64,000 nt of DNA. Origin: Eubacterium sp. (GTDB taxonomy: Bacteria; Bacillota; Clostridia; Lachnospirales; Lachnospiraceae). Both the position numbers and the translations under genes were made by a program. The first letter of the stretch is position 1, and every line of letters begins with the position of its first letter. Positions 17,206-25,517 of this stretch are shown here, piece after piece. The stretch spans positions 41,240 to 105,239 of the forward strand of contig JAEFAB010000007.1 of NCBI GenBank assembly GCA_016292095.1. The letters run 5' to 3'. The notes beneath the pieces are model-generated. The model saw only the letters and a program-made list of their open reading frames with translations, was not told the DNA's origin and ran no database searches.

Positions 17206-19080
17206 ATGAAAGGGAAGAAACTGGTAAAACTTATGTTGTCAGGAATTCTGTCATTAGCAATGGTAGGAACAAGCCTGACAATTACAACGAAAACAACAAA
17301 AGCAGCAGTTTATGCGGAACAGGGAGCCTTTGGAGTAGGTCTGGGAAAACAGATTCCGGACCACATCTTTGCACCCTTTGTAGACATTGCGTATTACGTA
17401 TCGGATAAGAATTATTCTTCCGCAGGTTCACTGAGTCTGGAGAAAATGTACAAGGACACAGGAATCTTATATTACAATTTGGGATTTATCACTGCCACAA
17501 CCGGTGGAAGCGTGCATGACGGAAAAGTTGACTGGTCTTGGGGTGGATACACAACAATGTCAGAAACCTCAACAGATACGTGGCAGTTGGATGGTATTAA
17601 AGACTCCATTCGATACATTCGTTCCAAAGGCGGAGATGTAATTGTCTCAGTCGGAGGATTAAATGAAGGGAATTTATTTCAGGCAACGCAGGATGAAACA
17701 GTCTTGTTTAATACCTATATGGATATTATTCAGGGATACGGCTTGACTCGTCTGGATTTGGATATTGAAGGAAACGGTCAGGGAAAACAGATTAATGCGG
17801 CTAATGCACGAGCACTGAAAAGAGTGCAGGATGCAACAGGAGTTGAAATTGTCTTAACATTGCCGGTATTACCAAGCGGTCTGACAGATCTGGGATTAGG
17901 TACCATGGAAGCTTACATTGAAAATGGTGTCGATGTCAAAATGGTCAATATCATGGCAATGTGTTACGGCAGCGGCGTTGTATATCCGGGAGAAACTTAT
18001 GCCCAGGCATCTGTTCGTGCCATTGACAATACAGCGCAGCAGATTAAAACCGCCTATGCAAATGCAGGAAAGACAATCAATGATGCTACAGCATACGGAA
18101 AAGTAGGCGTAACTGTGTCCATTGGAAAAGAAAGCGACAGCTTCCCAATCTGGACAACAGATTATTCGGAAGTAGTCAACCAGAAAGCTATTGAATCTAA
18201 TATCGGAATGACTTCGTTCTGGTGCTTGAATCGTGACTGTCAGCAGTACAGTGCAAACAGTGGAATTTACGGTATGTATGAACACACTAATGTATTCAAA
18301 ACCTTTATGGGAGAGAATGCATACCAGATTCCGGAGGATAACGGAGAAGACGAAACCGGAGAGAATGGTGAAACAATCGGCCCATGGAAAAGCGGTGCTG
18401 TCTATACACAAGGGGATCGAGTAATCTATAATGGTAAAATTTGGGAAGCACAGTGGTGGTCTCAGGGAGATACCCCGGGAGCCGAAATCGGCGTTCCAAA
18501 TCCATGGATATATATCAGTGACGTAACCACGCCGGAGGAAACAACCACAGCAGAGATTACAACAGAAGTACATACGAATGTGGAAATGGAAATCAACGGA
18601 ATTCAGATTAGTACAACAAAAGGTGGCTTTAGAGTTGTTTATTCGGTTGAAGACAGTGACAATGAAATCGATGAGATGGGAATGGTTTACGGACTTTCTG
18701 TTCCGGATGCGGATATGACACTAGACAGCGCAAATAGTCTTGTACATTCCTACGCAACAACGGATGAAGGAAAGATGAGAAGAAATGCCAGCAGCAATCC
18801 AAATGCACAAAGCTATGCAATGACAATGAAGCTGATTCGTAATGCAGCATTTTACAATTCGGAAATCGATGTGAGAATGTATGTGAAACTGAAAAACGGT
18901 AATATCATGTACAGTGACATCCAAAAATTTACGGTATTCCAGATAGCACAGTATTTGTACGACAACATGGAAATGCCGAATATGACAGCACATAACTATT
19001 TGTATAACAATATCTTAAAAGTAGCGGATCCAAATTATGCGTATAAGGCGTTTGATTTAGGAAATAGTCTTGCAATATAA
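17206..19080 (+). CDS. Secreted GH18 chitinase with CBM5/12 chitin-binding module and unknown C-terminal domain
   Basis: Signal peptide; RLDLDIEG (DxDxE); NIMAMCYG; WKSGAVYTQGDRVIYNGKIWEAQWW. Confidence 0.85.
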   Translation: MKGKKLVKLMLSGILSLAMVGTSLTITTKTTKAAVYAEQGAFGVGLGKQIPDHIFAPFVDIAYYVSDKNYSSAGSLSLEKMYKDTGILYYNLGFITATTGGSVHDGKVDWSWGGYTTMSETSTDTWQLDGIKDSIRYIRSKGGDVIVSVGGLNEGNLFQATQDETVLFNTYMDIIQGYGLTRLDLDIEGNGQGKQINAANARALKRVQDATGVEIVLTLPVLPSGLTDLGLGTMEAYIENGVDVKMVNIMAMCYGSGVVYPGETYAQASVRAIDNTAQQIKTAYANAGKTINDATAYGKVGVTVSIGKESDSFPIWTTDYSEVVNQKAIESNIGMTSFWCLNRDCQQYSANSGIYGMYEHTNVFKTFMGENAYQIPEDNGEDETGENGETIGPWKSGAVYTQGDRVIYNGKIWEAQWWSQGDTPGAEIGVPNPWIYISDVTTPEETTTAEITTEVHTNVEMEINGIQISTTKGGFRVVYSVEDSDNEIDEMGMVYGLSVPDADMTLDSANSLVHSYATTDEGKMRRNASSNPNAQSYAMTMKLIRNAAFYNSEIDVRMYVKLKNGNIMYSDIQKFTVFQIAQYLYDNMEMPNMTAHNYLYNNILKVADPNYAYKAFDLGNSLAI

Positions 19081-19150
19081 GGCAAAGGTTGTACAAATAG
19101 AAAAATATGGATATAATAGACGTCGGAAATCTGACGGGATGGAGGTTTTT

Positions 19151-19549
19151 ATGAAACGAGAAAATTTAGAATGGAAAGATCGGAAGCGAAATTTTCTGGG
19201 GCTTCCTTGGACATTTACAAAGTATGCATTAGATAAAGATCGATTGTTTATTGAGACAGGCATTTTAAGTTCCAGAGAAGACGAAGTTCGCCTTTACAGA
19301 ATTACAGATTTAACATTAACAAGAAGTCTGTGGCAGAAAATTATCAAAACAGGAACCATTCATTGTGATTCAGCAGATAAGACAATGAAAAACTTTGATA
19401 TTAAGAATATTAAAAATGCATCAGAAACAAAGGAGATTCTTTCAAACTTTGTGGAAGAGGCAAGAAGAAAAAATCGTGTTTATGCTAGAGAAAGCATGGA
19501 ATACGAATATGAAGATGGTGATGTGGAATTAGAGGATGACAATCACTAA
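19151..19549 (+). CDS. Bacterial PH-domain (bPH_2-like) protein
   Basis: WTFTKYAL..RLFIETGILSSREDEVRLYRITDL; GGAGG RBS. Confidence 0.75.
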   Translation: MKRENLEWKDRKRNFLGLPWTFTKYALDKDRLFIETGILSSREDEVRLYRITDLTLTRSLWQKIIKTGTIHCDSADKTMKNFDIKNIKNASETKEILSNFVEEARRKNRVYARESMEYEYEDGDVELEDDNH

Positions 19550-19563
19550 TAGCGGAGGTTATA

Positions 19564-20655
19564 ATGGCTACTAAAAAGAGTGCGGTAGAGACAACGGAAG
19601 AAAAATATGAACGAGCGAAACGTCTGGAAGTCTCGGTAAAAAGTCTTTTGAGAGACAAAGAACGAGGAGAAATCTATCAGAAAGCGTCAGATCTTTATGC
19701 TTCATTGGGAGAGTATGAAGATGCGCAGAAACGTTCTGAAGATTGTGCAAAAAAGGCGAAAGAGTTCCGTGAAAAATACAAGCAGCAGGAAAAGGAAAGA
19801 AAACAGGCGGAAAAGGAAACCAAAGAAGAAGAAAATCAGGATAAGAAATATCTTCAACGAAAAATTAAACTGGCGCTCCTTGCAATCATTATTTTGGCAA
19901 TGGGATGCACAGCAGTTTTCTTAAAACTGAAACCGGGATGCTATTTCCGAGCAGATTTATTTGAACGGATAGGATATTATGAAAAGTCTTATAAAATGTT
20001 CCATAATCTGAAAGACTATAAGGACAGCGAAGACAGATATTTAGAAAGCTATTATAAATATGGTATTGGTGCAAAAGATGCCAAAGAATACGAAAAGGCG
20101 AAAACCGTGTTCAGAAAACTGGAAGATTATAAAGATAGCGAAGAACAGCTTACCGGCGTTGAAATGGAAATGATCAAGGCAAGCAAAGTCGGAGACGACG
20201 TTTTGTTTGGTGAATATCGCTGGATGGTTCTGGAAAAGGACGATGAGAAGGTATTCTTAGCAAAAATGGTACCGGTTAATGGAGTTGCATATGACAGCAA
20301 AGATGCAGAAACATGGGAAAACGCTTCTGTAAGAGAATATTTAAATGGTGAATTCCTGGAAGAAACCTTTAATGATTCGGCAAAGAAGCACATATTGAAA
20401 ACAACAGTTGAGTTTTCGACAGAGTCTGATAAGACAGCAACAACAGAAGATGAATTATTCTTCTTAACTGCCAAGCAGGCAGAACAGTATCAGGAAATTT
20501 TATCCAACTATTTAAGAGACTGGTGGGTACTTGATAGCGGGAAAGAAGCCCATACGGCACAGTTTGTATCCCGTGGCGTAGTGATGGAATATGGTTATGA
20601 AAAATCAAATGACAATATATTCATCAGACCGGCAATGTGGATTACAATGAAATAA
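19564..20655 (+). CDS. TPR-like/YKDS-repeat membrane protein with DUF6273-like C-terminal domain
   Basis: Repeated YKDS helices, one TM, FGEYRWMVLE..WENASVREYLN..IRPAMWI. Confidence 0.6.
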   Translation: MATKKSAVETTEEKYERAKRLEVSVKSLLRDKERGEIYQKASDLYASLGEYEDAQKRSEDCAKKAKEFREKYKQQEKERKQAEKETKEEENQDKKYLQRKIKLALLAIIILAMGCTAVFLKLKPGCYFRADLFERIGYYEKSYKMFHNLKDYKDSEDRYLESYYKYGIGAKDAKEYEKAKTVFRKLEDYKDSEEQLTGVEMEMIKASKVGDDVLFGEYRWMVLEKDDEKVFLAKMVPVNGVAYDSKDAETWENASVREYLNGEFLEETFNDSAKKHILKTTVEFSTESDKTATTEDELFFLTAKQAEQYQEILSNYLRDWWVLDSGKEAHTAQFVSRGVVMEYGYEKSNDNIFIRPAMWITMK

Positions 20656-20658
20656 AAG

Positions 20659-20696
20659 AGAAGGAGCTGAAGTAATAGTTCAGCTCCTTCTTTTTT
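20659..20696 (+). terminator. Rho-independent terminator
   Basis: AGAAGGAGCTGAA/TTCAGCTCCTTCT plus T-run. Confidence 0.8.
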
Positions 20697-20744
20697 GTAA
20701 AAAACCCTGCATCGGTCGCAACCAATGCAGGGTTAGTTATCAAA

Positions 20745-21425
20745 TTAATCAACTTTACTGTAGTAAATAGAAATGGAATAAGAACCGTTGGCATCATACT
20801 GAGAGTATGCAGCTAACATAACTTTCTTTGTACGCCAGAATGTTGTCTTTGTACCGTTGCTGTAAGAACGAACCAGGTTTGGTTCACCATACTTTGCAGT
20901 GTTTGTTGCAACAATGGCATCATAATTATCCGGTGTAGAAGCACCAAAGTTAATACGAACTTCAATTAACTTCTTATCTTTTAAAACATACATTAAATTA
21001 GCAGCTTGATCCGTAGCATTCACAGTACCACCAAAGAACTGAGGGATTGTTGCACCTGCTATAAAGTTGTAAGTCAGGTAAGAATAACCGGAACCGTCTT
21101 CAGCGTTTGTAATGGAGCCGTTATCCGTATCCTTCTGCTTCTTTTCCATTTTCTGAATCTTCTTTAAAGAAGTACCAAGTTTAATATTTCTAACAGGTTC
21201 TAAATTAGCTTCGATTGTACTTTCGAAATTACCCTGTTCATTTACAATGCTGAGCTGAGTCGTCTGTGGGGTTCCACCATTCTGTGCACCGTTTTGTGTA
21301 TTGCCATTCTTAGACTTCGAAAATGCAAGAACCGCAATCAGTATAAGAACAATCGCAACTGATGCAATAATAATATAAAGTTTATTTTGGTCTAATTTTT
21401 TTGTTTCTTTTACATCCATTGACAT
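20745..21425 (-). CDS. Hypothetical membrane-anchored extracellular protein
   Basis: Single N-terminal TM, Gln/Asn linker; ATG 21425 preferred. Confidence 0.65.
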   Translation of the reverse strand: MSMDVKETKKLDQNKLYIIIASVAIVLILIAVLAFSKSKNGNTQNGAQNGGTPQTTQLSIVNEQGNFESTIEANLEPVRNIKLGTSLKKIQKMEKKQKDTDNGSITNAEDGSGYSYLTYNFIAGATIPQFFGGTVNATDQAANLMYVLKDKKLIEVRINFGASTPDNYDAIVATNTAKYGEPNLVRSYSNGTKTTFWRTKKVMLAAYSQYDANGSYSISIYYSKVD

Positions 21426-21638
21426 AATAAACGCCTCCTTATAAATACCTTTCAATCTTAACATAAATAAAATGCAAAATAAAGGTCAATATCTAAGAAA
21501 AGAATATTGAAACTTATTGGAAATCTGCTATAATGGTGGGGTAGTACCTAATACTTATAGGAGTCTCTCCTAAGACTCGTAAGTATACTAACATATTTTT
21601 CAGTCCGGAACGGTTAAGGCAAGGGGGCCCTAACCGTT

Positions 21639-22022
21639 CTTTGCGTTTAGCTACGAGACACACATACTTAGAAAAGAGGGCTTCTGATGGGAGCTTGCTC
21701 ACAAAAGGAAGCCCTCTTTTCTAAGTATGCGTGGCGACAGCCACGCATGAGGAAGAAGCGAAGCGAATTCCGAATGAGTGTCTCGAAGCTAAACGCAAAG
21801 AGAGAACAGAGCCACGCATGAGGAAGGAGCGGAGCGGATTCCGAATGAGTGTCTCGTAACTAAACGCAAAGAGAGAACAGAGCCACGCATGAGGAAGAAG
21901 CGGAGCGGATTCCGAATGAGTGTCTCGAAGCTAAACGCAAAGAGAGAACAGAGCCACGCATGAGGAAGGAGCGTAGCGGATTCCGAATGGGTGTCTCGAA
22001 GCTAAACGCAAAGAGAGAACAG
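21639..22022. repeat. Palindromic element ending in four 71-bp tandem units
   Basis: Units start at 21739, 21810, 21881, 21952; 22-bp perfect IR 21663-21684/21708-21729; inverted copy of the unit 3' arm at 21639-21661. Confidence 0.9.
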
Positions 22023-22037
22023 CGTACAGGAGGCAAA

Positions 22038-22916
22038 ATGAAAACAGGATGGTTAATTGTAAACGGATACTTAAAAAGTGAAAAATTTGAAGAAATATAC
22101 CACTGGCTTATGGAGGCGGCAGCAAAGCAGGAAATCAAGCTGCAGAAACTGACGAATGACCAACTCACATCAATCTTGCCTATTAGTAGCGGAAAAACAG
22201 ATTGGCGAATCAAACCGGACTTTGTACTGTTCTGGGATAAGGATATCAGACTGGCTCAGATGTTGGAGGCAGAAGGATTTCCGGTATTTAATTCCGCAGA
22301 AGCGATAGAAATCTGTGATGACAAAGCGTTGACGTACATTCGATTGAAGAACACAGACATTGAAATGCCAAAGACCTATATTGCCCCGATGACCTTTTTT
22401 AAAGAATATCAGGACTATGCGTTTCTGATGCAGGTGGAAAACAGCCTGGGTTATCCGATGGTTATTAAGGAAAACAAAGGATCTTTTGGAGAACAGGTCT
22501 ATTTGGTTGAAAACCATGAAGAAGCGGTAAAGAAGATTCAGGAAATCGGACATCATGAATTTATCATGCAGGAATACATTCAGGAATCCAAAGGACGAGA
22601 TATAAGAATCAACGTGGTGGGAAATCAGGTGGTGACGGCAATGGAACGAACCAATGATAAGGATTTCCGTGCCAATATCACAAACGGCGGAAGTATGAAG
22701 CCGTATACACCGACAGAAAAGGAAGCAGAATTGGCAGTCAAAGTATGCAGGTACTTAAAGCTGGATTTTGCAGGGGTAGACATCCTGTTTGGAAAAGACA
22801 ATCAACCAATGCTTTGTGAGGTCAATTCCAATGCACACTTTAAAAACATTTATGATTGTACCGGAGTCAATGTGGCAGATGCAATCATGAAGTACATCGA
22901 CGGGAAAGTTCAGTAA
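22038..22916 (+). CDS. RimK-family ATP-grasp ligase
   Basis: ICDDKALT, PMVIKENKGSFGEQV, QEYI, GRDIRINVVG, DFRANIT, GVDILF, CEVNS; ATG 22038 after GGAGG. Confidence 0.88.
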   Translation: MKTGWLIVNGYLKSEKFEEIYHWLMEAAAKQEIKLQKLTNDQLTSILPISSGKTDWRIKPDFVLFWDKDIRLAQMLEAEGFPVFNSAEAIEICDDKALTYIRLKNTDIEMPKTYIAPMTFFKEYQDYAFLMQVENSLGYPMVIKENKGSFGEQVYLVENHEEAVKKIQEIGHHEFIMQEYIQESKGRDIRINVVGNQVVTAMERTNDKDFRANITNGGSMKPYTPTEKEAELAVKVCRYLKLDFAGVDILFGKDNQPMLCEVNSNAHFKNIYDCTGVNVADAIMKYIDGKVQ

Positions 22917-23703
22917 CAACATATTCAACAAACATAGCAGCAATATCCAAATCGGATACTTCATACAACATGCGGGCGCCAACGGCGTCCTCTATTTCGT
23001 TAAAGACAGCTTTTCCGTCATGGAAAATGAAATCAATTCCGGCATAGTCAATATCAAGTTTACATAAAATCTTTTGAACTAAATCTTTTTCGTAAGAAGT
23101 CAATAAATGCATTGCAACCTGACCGCCCAGACTGTAATTGCTTTTAAAACTGTTTGGAGAGGAACGGAGCACTGCTGCCACAATCTCATTGCCAAGAATG
23201 TAAACCCGAACATCTTTCCCGGGATTGTTGGAACACTTCTGAACCAGGTAAGGTTTTCCGGCTAAGGCCTTGGCCGCCAGACTTTCTTCGCCGGCGTTGG
23301 AAACAAGAAATACTTCACTGCCTCCATGACCGCTACAGCTTTTAAATACTACCGGATAAGAAAATTCGCCGCTGACATAATCTTCAGAATATTTTGCATC
23401 CATAAACGGAACAATACCATCAAGAAAGTGATAGCTCGCCATTTTGTCATTGGCAATTTTAGTAACCAGAGCATTGTTAAAAACAGGGATTCCCTGTTCC
23501 TCAAACAGAGAGGAGATTTCATGGAAACGACTTCGATTGATGACAAAATCCGGCAAATCCGAAAGCAGCTCGCTGATGGACAACTGTTCATAAACAACCG
23601 TTTGGAGTAAAATGCCGTGACGGGCAAACCCCTCCTCTAATTTCTTAATGAAAAATTTGTTCTTTTTAATATCCTTTTCAGAATAAATCAAATAGCCAAT
23701 CAT
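22885..23703 (-). CDS. RimK-family ATP-grasp ligase (convergent paralog)
   Basis: IANDKMAS, PVVFKSCSGHGGSEV, GKDVRVYILG, FKSNYSLGG, GIDFI, FNEIED. Confidence 0.82.
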   Translation of the reverse strand: MIGYLIYSEKDIKKNKFFIKKLEEGFARHGILLQTVVYEQLSISELLSDLPDFVINRSRFHEISSLFEEQGIPVFNNALVTKIANDKMASYHFLDGIVPFMDAKYSEDYVSGEFSYPVVFKSCSGHGGSEVFLVSNAGEESLAAKALAGKPYLVQKCSNNPGKDVRVYILGNEIVAAVLRSSPNSFKSNYSLGGQVAMHLLTSYEKDLVQKILCKLDIDYAGIDFIFHDGKAVFNEIEDAVGARMLYEVSDLDIAAMFVEYVVTELSRRCTS

Positions 23704-23880
23704 TCTTAAATCCTCTCAGTAAAATCTGTTATTTGTTATCATAACACAAATTTTTTGCCTTCAAAATATGTGGAAATATATTATTAATAGAAAAAATGTG
23801 GTATACTAAACTGCACTTGTAAAATATATTAAGAAATATATTGCTTTATAAGCAGGTGTCGGAATAGGAAGTGGAGTAAA

Positions 23881-24456
23881 ATGAAAGAAGAGAAACGGTT
23901 GAATAGATTTACGCGACTGTTTGGTCATTTTAAAACAATTACCAAGCATAGACATTTGGTAATTCGTCATTGTGCAAAGGCGGGAATTCTTTGGCAGGGA
24001 TTATTTCATGATTTGTCAAAGTACAGTCTTGCAGAATTTGTTCCGGGAGTGAAATATTATACAGGAAAACGCAGCCCTAATGAAGGAGAACGGGAAAATT
24101 ATGGTTTTTCTTATGCGTGGATGCACCACAAGGGGAGAAATAAACATCATTACGAATATTGGAATGATTACAATTTGGAAACCCATAGAAATGAACCGGT
24201 GGAAATGCCCTATAGGTATTTGGCGGAAATGTTTTGCGATAGAGTGGCGGCAAGCAAAGTATATAATGGAAAAAAATATACGAATGCTTCACCTATGGAA
24301 TATTTTTTACAAAGAACACCACATCGAAGTATTCACCCAAATACGAAGAAAGAATTGGAAAAGCTTCTTCAGATGTTAGTGGAACAAGGGGAAGAATCCA
24401 CGTTTCGATATATTAAGAATAATGTTAAAAGCACTAGACGCGAACGCGACAAATAG
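23881..24456 (+). CDS. DUF5662-like (HD-related) protein
   Basis: FHDLSKYS, WMHHKGRNKHHYEYW, EMFCDRVAA. Confidence 0.7.
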   Translation: MKEEKRLNRFTRLFGHFKTITKHRHLVIRHCAKAGILWQGLFHDLSKYSLAEFVPGVKYYTGKRSPNEGERENYGFSYAWMHHKGRNKHHYEYWNDYNLETHRNEPVEMPYRYLAEMFCDRVAASKVYNGKKYTNASPMEYFLQRTPHRSIHPNTKKELEKLLQMLVEQGEESTFRYIKNNVKSTRRERDK

Positions 24457-24517
24457 CTTTTAAAAAAACAGATAAAAGATTTTTGAAGAAAAAGACATAT
24501 AGCGGAGGTAGAATTAG

Positions 24518-25450
24518 ATGAACAATAGTGAAAAAATGTTATCAGTTGTTTTGCCGGCATATAATGAGGAAAAGATGATTCATAAAGCAGCTGTAACAAT
24601 AAAGACCATTCTGGACAATGCATCAATTCCATATGAATTAATATTTGTTGATGATGGATCCAAGGATAACACATGGGATGAAATTGAAAAAACATCGGCG
24701 GAGGATCCGAATATTATCGGGATTCATTTTTCGCGTAACTTTGGAAAAGAATCTGCATTATTTGCAGGAATAGCTCAAGCAAATGGCGCTTGTTGTGCAG
24801 TAATGGATTGTGATTTACAGCATCCACCAGAAATTCTTCCGGAAATGTACTCGTTATGGCTACAGGGAAATGAAATCGTAGAGGGAGTCAAAAAAAGTCG
24901 TGGAAAAGAAAGCTTTCTCCATAAGGCATGTGCCGGACTATTCTACAAGATGATTTCAAAAGCGGTTAAAATCGATATGTCAAGAGCTTCAGACTTTAAA
25001 TTGATGGATAGAAAGGCAGTTGATTCATTGTTGAATATGCCTGAAAAAAATGCTTTCTTTAGAGCATTATCCTCTTGGATTGGATATAAAACAGCAACAA
25101 TAGAATTTGATGTACAAGAGAGAACAGAGGGAGAATCGAAATGGTCCACCTGGTCATTAATTAAATACGCGATAACAAATATTGTGGCATTTTCTTCAGC
25201 TCCGATGCAGATAGTAACTATTGCCGGAGTACTGGTTTTTGCATTGGGAGTAATAATAGGAGTTCAAACAATTGTGAAATTCTTTATGGGGCATGCTGTT
25301 GAAGGATTTACTACTGTAATTTTGCTGATATTAATTATTGGAAGTCTTGTAATGATTAGCTTAGGTATTTTAGGATATTATATTTCTAAAATATATGAGG
25401 AAGTTAAGGGACGACCAAAATATTTGATTTCAAAAAAAGTTGGAAAGTAA
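24518..25450 (+). CDS. GT2 polyprenol-phosphate glycosyltransferase (GtrB/YkoT-like)
   Basis: VVLPAYNEE, FVDDGSKD, FSRNFGKESA, MDCDLQHPP, two C-terminal TMs, EVKGRPKY. Confidence 0.9.
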   Translation: MNNSEKMLSVVLPAYNEEKMIHKAAVTIKTILDNASIPYELIFVDDGSKDNTWDEIEKTSAEDPNIIGIHFSRNFGKESALFAGIAQANGACCAVMDCDLQHPPEILPEMYSLWLQGNEIVEGVKKSRGKESFLHKACAGLFYKMISKAVKIDMSRASDFKLMDRKAVDSLLNMPEKNAFFRALSSWIGYKTATIEFDVQERTEGESKWSTWSLIKYAITNIVAFSSAPMQIVTIAGVLVFALGVIIGVQTIVKFFMGHAVEGFTTVILLILIIGSLVMISLGILGYYISKIYEEVKGRPKYLISKKVGK

Positions 25451-25517
25451 TATTTTAGAATCAATTTGTAATAAGAAAAAGGGGCTGTAAAAGCCCCTTT
25501 TTAAGTACGGAAAATAT

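Noticed and set aside
17896-18573. 225-aa minus-strand ORF
   Set aside because: Antisense shadow of the chitinase gene with no recognisable motifs.
21739-22022. 71-bp array as a CRISPR array
   Set aside because: Units are contiguous and near-identical with no unique spacers; no cas genes in the window.
21960-22037. True N-terminal extension of the RimK-like protein, as in the ORF track
   Set aside because: The extension is repeat unit 4; a GGAGG RBS precedes ATG 22038.
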